NCBI RefSeq assembly: GCF_037042905.1
Contig: NC_087245.1
Location: 35,094,001 to 35,158,000 of the forward strand
DNA from: Lytechinus pictus
Lineage: Eukaryota
Length of the DNA stretch: 64,000 nucleotides
Direction: 5' to 3'
The notes below the pieces were generated by a model, which saw nothing but the letters and a program-made list of their open reading frames with translations, was not told where the DNA came from and made no database searches. The position numbers were made by a program, and so were the translations under genes. Position 1 is the stretch's first letter. Each line of letters opens with the position of its first letter. Below are positions 35,001 through 44,000 of the stretch, in pieces.

Positions 35001-38000
35001 TTTAAGTTCCTTGGTGTTGGCAACAATAATGATGGTTGGGGTCGATTTCCGTTACAGATGCTCAATTCAATGCCTAGAATACTTGGTTGTTAAAGCCTTT
35101 TTAAATATGGTTAGTACCATCTAGTTTTAATTGGCGAATTCTCTTCCCGAACATTCAACAATCATAACGGGTAAATTTGTAGAATGAGATTTTCAAATCA
35201 CAATGGAAATATAGTTAACTTTTAATGAAGATGATATTTACAGACCTGCCAACCCTGGTACGTTTTAGCCGTATTTAGTACGTTTTTTTTTTTTTTTTAC
35301 AAAATCGTAATTTATTGAGAAAAATCATCTCTATATGTCTCTATTTCATAAAACGTACACAAATATGGTTATTAGATCAATGTAATTTCAGGTAACTTTT
35401 TTTTTTTTCAATCATTTTGTAAAAACCAGAGTGAGATATACACAAGTTTCAATGGTTTTTTTTTTCATCTGCAAGAGCAGTGTGCATTTTAGCTTGCATG
35501 CAGCTTGAGCGCCATGATGGGCGAGTGCGCCAAGCATTTTATTATGAAATACACTTTTTGGGGGGTAAATACAGTTTTTTGTATCACAGAATACAGTTTT
35601 TCATTCCCAGAGGTTGGCAGGTCTGTAAATTTGTAGAATAAGCTTTTTAAATCACAATGGAAATATAGTTAACTTTTAATGAAGATTATATTTATAGTAC
35701 AGCAGGAGAGGGGAGAGCATAATGTTTATTAGCTTTTTATTATGCATTGTTTGATACATGGAATGTACAGTATATTGAAAAAGATTAGCTTGTACCTCCT
35801 TTGCTTAATGAATCATTTTCCTGTGGCTAATTGTTAATCAAGGAAGAACATACTAAGGATTTAATTAGGACCTTGATAAACAAATCATTTAATGAGATCC
35901 AGGTGACTAAGTGGTTTGTCAGAAGTTTCAAATCTGTCTCCTTTCATTAAAGATGGAGGAGAGTATGTTGACCACAAGTTTGTTTCGTGGTGTTTGCATC
36001 GATGATTCTATTCTCCGAAGGAGGGAAATGGTTTTATTCATAAGACAATGAAGATTTAGGACCGTTCATGTATGTATGTATCTCAAACTAATCACTTCTA
36101 ATGAAGGATTCTTTACACGTTAGTAACCACACATTTGTTCCGCGGTGTTTTTATTGATATCTTATTCTCCAAAGGACGGAAGTTGTTTTATTCATGAAAA
36201 TGAAAAGTGACAGTTAACTCGCACAGCGGAGATGTGTATACACACACACCTTACTTCAGTTTGTGCGTGTATAGATTCAAAATTATGAGTTCAATACACA
36301 TATCTATTCTATTTTGTTCTTGTTTTGAATTGAATTATGGATTTTATTCTAGCAATGATTATATTTTCATCATTTCAGTGACAGTCATGCTTAAGTGTTG
36401 ATACGCACGTAGTATTTAACGCTCAATCTCATAGACGATTACGCCATAGTATGTGACTGTTAAGCAATATTTAAACAATGCGGTGATGCAACTTAAGTCA
36501 CACTTAATGTATGTGAACACCCCCCCCCCCCCCCCGCCCCCCAGGTCCAGTACCTCTTTCTTACCCAAGAACAATGTCTCATGACAGTGAGTGACCTGTT
36601 AAAGTTATAGAGGCATTCAGGGGCGGATCCAGGATTTTCCAAAAGGGGGGGGGGGCAAATTTTTTGGAGGAAAATTTTGACAAGCCCCTCCCCCCCCCCA
36701 AAAAAAAAAAAGTCTTCAATTTCAAAAGAGGGGGCACACCTCTGTTTTAATGGCATTTTTACATTTTTAATTTTGCTTCTCAAAAGGGGGGGGGGCACGT
36801 GCCCCCCCCCCCCTGCATCCGCGCCTGGAGGCACTGACTGTGTAACAGGTTGCACTGGATCACACGGTGACCAGAGGCAAGAGACATTTCCACAGCAGTA
36901 TGTGATGTAATAGACAGGAAATTAAATAAAAGATTTGGAGGTGGGCGGGGCGGGACATGAAGCTTGAAGAAATAATGGCAGGTGGTTGGTTTCACAGATC
37001 TTTACAAATATGACCCTTAGTGAATACACAGGAAGAAGAGACGGAATTAAACAAAACCTTGTTGATGATGTACATGTAGTATATGGGGGGGGGGTGGTTC
37101 ACAAAGATTTACGTGTGACGTAGGGAGTGTTGCAAGAAAATATTTGCGATCAATTGCAAATATCCTGTTGCAATTTTACAACTGATAGATCAATGTTAGC
37201 TGTAGGAAATCAGATTAAACTTCTTGTTTCAAGGAGCAGATTAGCAATCAATCACTAATTTGCAATTAACTACAAGACATGTGTTTGATTAAGGGACCCA
37301 AAATAGACTTCAAACTTCAATTGATCGCAAGTTTCCTGCAACACCCAATAGAGTCATGCTTAAATGCCAACATGTTCATATGTATCTTACTGTACACGTA
37401 ATCTCATTGATGCGTCCCCAGAGTATGAGCTGACCAATGTGGTGATGCCTTGTAATCAATCTACAACTTTTATTCAGACTTTTTTGTGAAACCCCTTCTG
37501 TCCATGTAAATAAACCCCTCTGAGAGGACCCTAAGGCATCAGTCCATTGTAGTTGCCATTTAGATTAAAAAAACAACTTATTATTCAATTACATAGCAAA
37601 TTTTAAACAAATTTCCTTACATTCCTGCCACATTCTACTTCATATCTTCAGGAAAGTCATCAAGATCCATCCAAGTGTACCTGGAACTTGTGAAAGAATT
37701 CCCAGATGATTATGAAGCCAAGAAAAGCCTCGCTGTCCAGTATCTCATCGCTGGGAAAAATAAGAGAGCCAAGCATTACTTTGAGGAGGTGAGTAGATTC
37801 TATTTGTGAGACTGTCATTGATCCAATCAATCGTAACTATGGAAATCCATCAGTGTCATAATTTCTTTCTCCAGGAAATTTGCAAAATGTCCTTTGTAAA
37901 CAAAGGGGAACACACTGAATTGTCAAGAAAACAATGAATTTATGAATATACATCACATCTAGAATATACTTTGAACAAACATGCATTTTAGATGTTGATG

Positions 38001-41000
38001 TTACTGGCTTTCCGTAGTTGTAATTGATCCAATCAATCGTAACTCTTTGTAAGACGGGTCCTGTTGATGAAGAAAAAAATTGTGTATATTGGCATTTACT
38101 GAGGAAGGGATGATGGGCATTCTTAGCTCATTAAAATCAAGAATTGTTTGCAGATGACAGATATTGATGGGATGGGGTTATTAACAACTTTCCATGATAG
38201 CTCTACTTCTTGATAGCTTTTCATCAAAGTTTTTATGTCAATGATTTTCACTGAACAATTTTGTTCCCAGCCAATCGGAAACAAGGATTTGTAGTAGGCC
38301 TATACAAATAATACACGTAAGCGCATGCATGCAGGGCCAAATAATGAACGATGTGCAAGAAGAGCCAATGGATTCACTAATTAGGTCCTTTATGCACAAG
38401 AATGTGTGTATTGTTTGTTTTATACACCCCCCCCTCACCCATTGCACCGAATGCTATATTTGATCCAAATTCTAGATAATTCCATAACTCGCACTATCCT
38501 GCGCTCTGACGTCAGAGTGCAGGATAGTGCATTTTGGATGCAATAGTGCAATTCGCTGAATATCATGTGATCCGATTTGGACCAACCAGATTACAGAACA
38601 TTCTTGGGAGTTGTATAATAGCTTATAACAATAATCAATAACTATCTGTTTCGTGACATGCTCCCCTGTTCATTATCCCTTGATTTTCAGATGGTAGAGA
38701 GAAATCCAACGGATGGCTTTGCATTGGTCCACTTGGGGTTCATCTTGAAATCGGAAGAGAATTACCTTGAAGCAATCCCGCTCTTGAGGGCAGGCATTGA
38801 TACCGGTGATAGGGAAACCAATGAGGGAAAATTCTTCTTCCACTTAGGGGAATCCTTCTTAAGGACAGGTCGGATTGAAGAGGTAAGTCCCTGGAGATGA
38901 TCATGTACCTTGCCAGTAAATTTCACTTTTGTGGACGTGTCATGGTCTAGCGGTTCTGACTCTCGCCTTTCAAACAGAGGGTCGCGGGTTCGAATCCTAG
39001 CCATGGCATGTTTTCCTTCAGCAAGAAATTTATCCACACTGCTGCACTCGACCAAGATGAGGAGAATGGGTACCCGGTAGGAAGAAATTCCTTGAATGCT
39101 CGAGCGCCTGATCAAGGTAGCTGTGCTAAAGCCGGGGTAATAATAACATCACGTTAAGCAGGGCCCGCTGGTAGAACAGTTTTCAGAACTGAAGTGGCTT
39201 CCCTGGGTAAAATATGACATTATTATTATTACTTGTTCTATACCCGCTTTGTCCACTTTCCGATTAGTCTCATCTCACATGTAGTCTAATACTAATTCAT
39301 ATTCAACCAGTTCATCTACAAGTTGTTTTCATTCAGTTACCATAGTAATTTCTTTTCACATCACCCATAGCTTTCCTCTTAATTGTCGTGTTCCTTTAAT
39401 TTTTTTGCGTGCTGTTTTTTTTATTTGAATTTTCCTACTTGCCAAAAATAAGCTATTGCCAGAAGAAGATTGCCATAGCATGTGACAAGAAGTCCATTAA
39501 ACATGAAAAATGTAACAACATTTGTCACAATTGGCGATCCTTCTGTCAACAACTGAAAGGAGAAATACCTAGATTATGAATATGGTCTTATTATATATCA
39601 ATGGAAAGGTTAATGATGTTTGAATTATTGAATGTAAATTGAACAAAGACTGACGTCATAAAAAAATCACCAGCTTCGCGCCCGGTATTTCCGTGCTCAT
39701 ACCATTCGGACAGAGAGAGAGCTCTAAAAACTATCAATTAACTGACTTTCATCGGTCTTCATGATAAACGAAGCACACCACTGTGTTGTTCTTATTTTCT
39801 GCTTTAATTTGATTTATAATTCGCCATTTTGGGGGGATTGGCAATATATTTCTACTTTAACATACTTGTAAACCATTATGTGAGTTCATGTAAAAAATGC
39901 TTTAAATAATTACAGATTGTAATGTAATGAGCATATGTGTTTTTGCTTACTGTTCAGTCCTACAAGATATATGACGAGGCAGTTAGCAGGGGTCATTTCA
40001 GGTCAAGGTATCAAAGGTCACTTTACAACGTCGACTCGCTGAGGGGAAGACAATTCTGGACTCCAAGAGAGGCAGGATTTGCTGAAGGAGCGAAGGTGAA
40101 TATCCCCTCTAAATAATTCATCTGGGCACCCATTTCATCAAATGTGTCAAATACCCAACTGAACATGGATTTAGTCTGTCTGGCTCTAATGAGAGATACC
40201 ATGAATAGTATTTCAAAACTTAATGGGGTGGTCTATTAAGAAAATAATTCAATTCAATAGAAATATCAACTCCATTCTTATTTTGAGCATTCATTATGTG
40301 TACATAAAAACATGAATAAGATCTGAAGTTGTATATTTTCTGACACAACATACCACTAAGTGACACATCCTTGAAATTCTTTTCCCACGTATGTAGTTGC
40401 ATCTGAAATAGAATGTATGAATATTAATATGATTTTATCCCCATTGTTCCACGTTTTATTTGCAGATATTAGAAAGTAATTGGGAGACGATTCGAGATGA
40501 GGCCGTAGCCTTGCTTAGCACCGATGGATTCTTTAGGAATGAAGAAGAAAAACTCAGGGAAACGGGTGACTGGAAGCAATTTACATTATTTGCAAAAGGT
40601 AAATCCTCTTGTGCTATGGTCGTGTTTGTTGGGGAGGGGATTACCAATGACTAAGCCTTCTCTGTGACTATCATATTGAGCACAAAATGCACCTAAATTC
40701 ACTTTTTTGCTTGTCAAGACTTTGGTATCAAAATCATCAGTTACACCGACAGATTCTGAAAATCTTTAAGTCTGAACTCAAGTCATCGTTCATGCCCATG
40801 GGGTGAATCTACACTTAACCACATTGTGTTATATTTGCTTGGTGTATAATTCAAATCACTCTCAAGGCATTCTTGTTTGGCAACCCATTATATGTGAACT
40901 GCATCTACTTTTGATTATGATGAATGAACCTTGCTTGATATCTGTGAATTGCAATTTTGTCTTATCACACTTTTCCTCATACCTGTTTGATCTCATCCCA

Positions 41001-44000
41001 TATTATACCAGTAATTCTTATGTACCATCTTTTTTTTCTTCTTCTGGTTATGTGTGCCTCCATGAAGATTGAAAAATCTTTCAAACATTTTAGCGTGTGT
41101 GGACTGCAGTCTACATCCTTTCTTGTGTTATTTACAGCTTATTTGCATATGTAATATCAGTTTTAAAGGAAGAAGATACAGAAACAGTCATTCTTTCTAT
41201 TGTCAATTGTTGGAATATTTCTGTTTGTCAATAGGAAGTAAAGACCAAGGGAACTGCCGACAAGCCCCTCGCACCTGTGAGATATTTGATTCAATCCCTC
41301 AATCAAAAAATTGTAGAAGAGGCCAGGTAAGGTTTAATTTGTATTAGATAGAGAAGAGAGGTGTGCATTTAATGGGCTGTTTAACTGCATTGATACAATC
41401 ATTACAATAAGCTAAATCTTTTATCCAAATGCAAGGAATTTAAAGTCAATAATTACCTCAGAATTTATTGAATGAATCTGTCAACCTATTTTGGAGTAAT
41501 GACCCTTCTGTGAGGTACAAAAGTTTTTTAGGTATTTATACTGCGGGTCAGAAAAAGCAAACAAACAGAGAAGTATTGATGATTTATCATAATTTAATTA
41601 AAATAAAATATTATTGACAAATGACATATGGTATTGTAAGACTTGAGTCTTGAGTCCGACAGGTAGCCAGTATAATGTCTCCATTTGATAAATCATTGAA
41701 ATTCGACGTTAGAATGATGATTGTGTTGATGGTGATGATGATGATGGTGGTAGTGATGATGATGATAATGGTTATGGTGATGATAATGATGATGACGATG
41801 ATGATGATGATAATGACGATGACGATGGTGTTTATGATGATGATAGTGTTTATTATGATGATGATGGTGTTAGTTGTGGTGATGATGGTGATGATGGAGC
41901 TGATGATGTTGGTTATGATGATGATGGTCTTTATAATGGTGATGACGATGATGATGGTGTTTATGATGATGCTTGTGATGATGATGATGTTAATGATGTT
42001 TGACTGAAGTAATGCTAAACCTTTAAGATATCATAAATTTGTTGTTCCTTGTCCGATTTTGATCAAATTTTCATTTTTTTTTTTTTTGGTCTGATTTTTT
42101 TAATCTGTTCAAATCATATTATTTCAGCCTGGAGTACCCCTTAAAAAAACAGGCCAATTAGACTGATTAAAAATGGGGCTAAGTAGGTATTCATATGGCT
42201 CCATCTTGGTCCCCTTTGACAGATTCTCACAAATTAGGTGTGTGGAGGTTTAACATCATGCTCTACTAAAACTTGGTCATGAAAATGCTAAATTGTTCCA
42301 AAAGGCAATTGATAGGATACAATATCACACCAAGATATGGTATCAAACATGCTGAAATTAATATTTGTTTGTGATGTCATTGCTTGGGTACATATATTTG
42401 TAGAGTGTTGGATGATGAGAAGGAAGAAAGAGAACCAAGTAAGCACACCTTAAGTCTAAAAAAACACAACCTAATTTGTTGATTAATTATGTAATTTTGT
42501 AATTATTAATATTTCATTTATTTTAGGTGCAGTTTTCAGTAATGCATTGTGGTACAAATGTCTAACCCCATTGCATCCTACAAACTGTAAACTAATTAAC
42601 GTCTCATCTTGGACTGCTTTTTAATTTATTTTTGTGTGTGTGTTTTTTTAATTTTTCTTAGGTGAAGTTTTCAGTAATGCATCCTGGTACCCATGTCTGG
42701 CCCCATTGCGGTCCCACAAACTGTAGATTAAGATCTCATCTTGGACTGATAATACCTCAACCTGTCAGGTTACGAGTGGGCAATACTACAAGGTGAGTCA
42801 TAGATATACAATGTAGCTTCATCTTGCCTAGAAACGAGCTTCAGAAACAAGCTTCAACTTTCAAAATTCATGTTATGGGGTTACTTAATTTTAATTCAAT
42901 AATAATAACATTATTGGTATAGCGCTTATCACAATTCATGTCTCTAAGCACTTAGGAAATAGAAAGAGAGAAGGAATTTCAGCAAAAAACTAAAGTAATT
43001 GTATAGTTCACAGTAGACTGTAGACAGTTGAGGGGCTTCACATGTGAAGGGAAAGGCTATTTAACAAAAAAGTAGGTTTTTAACATGGATTTGAATTTCT
43101 CTGTTGAATCTGCTTGTTTTATACTTTGTGGTAGATTGTTCCAGAGATGAGGGGATGCGGAATAAAAAGATCGTGAACCATAAGACTGGGCATTGGTGGC
43201 AGGAACTATTAACCCTAACTAGGCCGGGCTTTTTTGGCTGTTCGGGGGGGGGGGGGGGGTGATTCAACCCCCCCCCCCTGAGATCTCGGCCGCCGATCGC
43301 GCGAGTGCCGCAAAAATTTGCACGCTGGTAGTGTGTGATGTAATCTACAAAGGCTGTATGGTAAAATTTTCCAAAATAATGAGATTTTATTTTATATGAA
43401 TTAATTATGCTAATTTATGCATAAATCATACTTTTTGCTCTAATTCACTAAATAAAGCTCCTAGAATGCTAATTTCTGGTAAAATATTCTTTGTAGCATT
43501 CTTAACAATCACAATTGAAAAAAACTTTGGTTTGGAAATCAATTTCTTATGTATTTTATTGTTTTATGAATTTCTTATGTATTTCCTTGTTTTTCAACCT
43601 TTTGTTTTTCTTTGTTTTTTTCACCAGATCTATTGCACAACCTTTTTGAAGTATAAATATGCTAAAATCAATTGATTTCAACTGTTTAAAGTAAAAATAA
43701 TCATATCTTTATGAATAAGATGAGAAAACTCAATTTGCATTGACTTTGTACACAAAATCACGTTTTGGAACAATTTTTGGTCTGACATGCACTTACGAAA
43801 TGTTGCGTAATTTCAGAACCGTGTACCCGGGCATCGTAAATTTGACCTCAAAAGATGCGCGAGACTTAAAAGTATAAACTCTGTGAGTGGCGTGGTCAAA
43901 AAATTTCGCGGGGCGGAATGATCGCAGAAAATGTTGAGGGGGGTTGATTCAACCCCCCCCCGGCCTGTTTAGGGTTAAGAGTGATTTGTTTCTTGAGCGC

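Noticed and set aside
38932..39005. tRNA gene candidates at SINE heads (also 11812, 46979)
   Set aside because: They continue into a shared SINE core and tail, with no proper acceptor stem or terminator.
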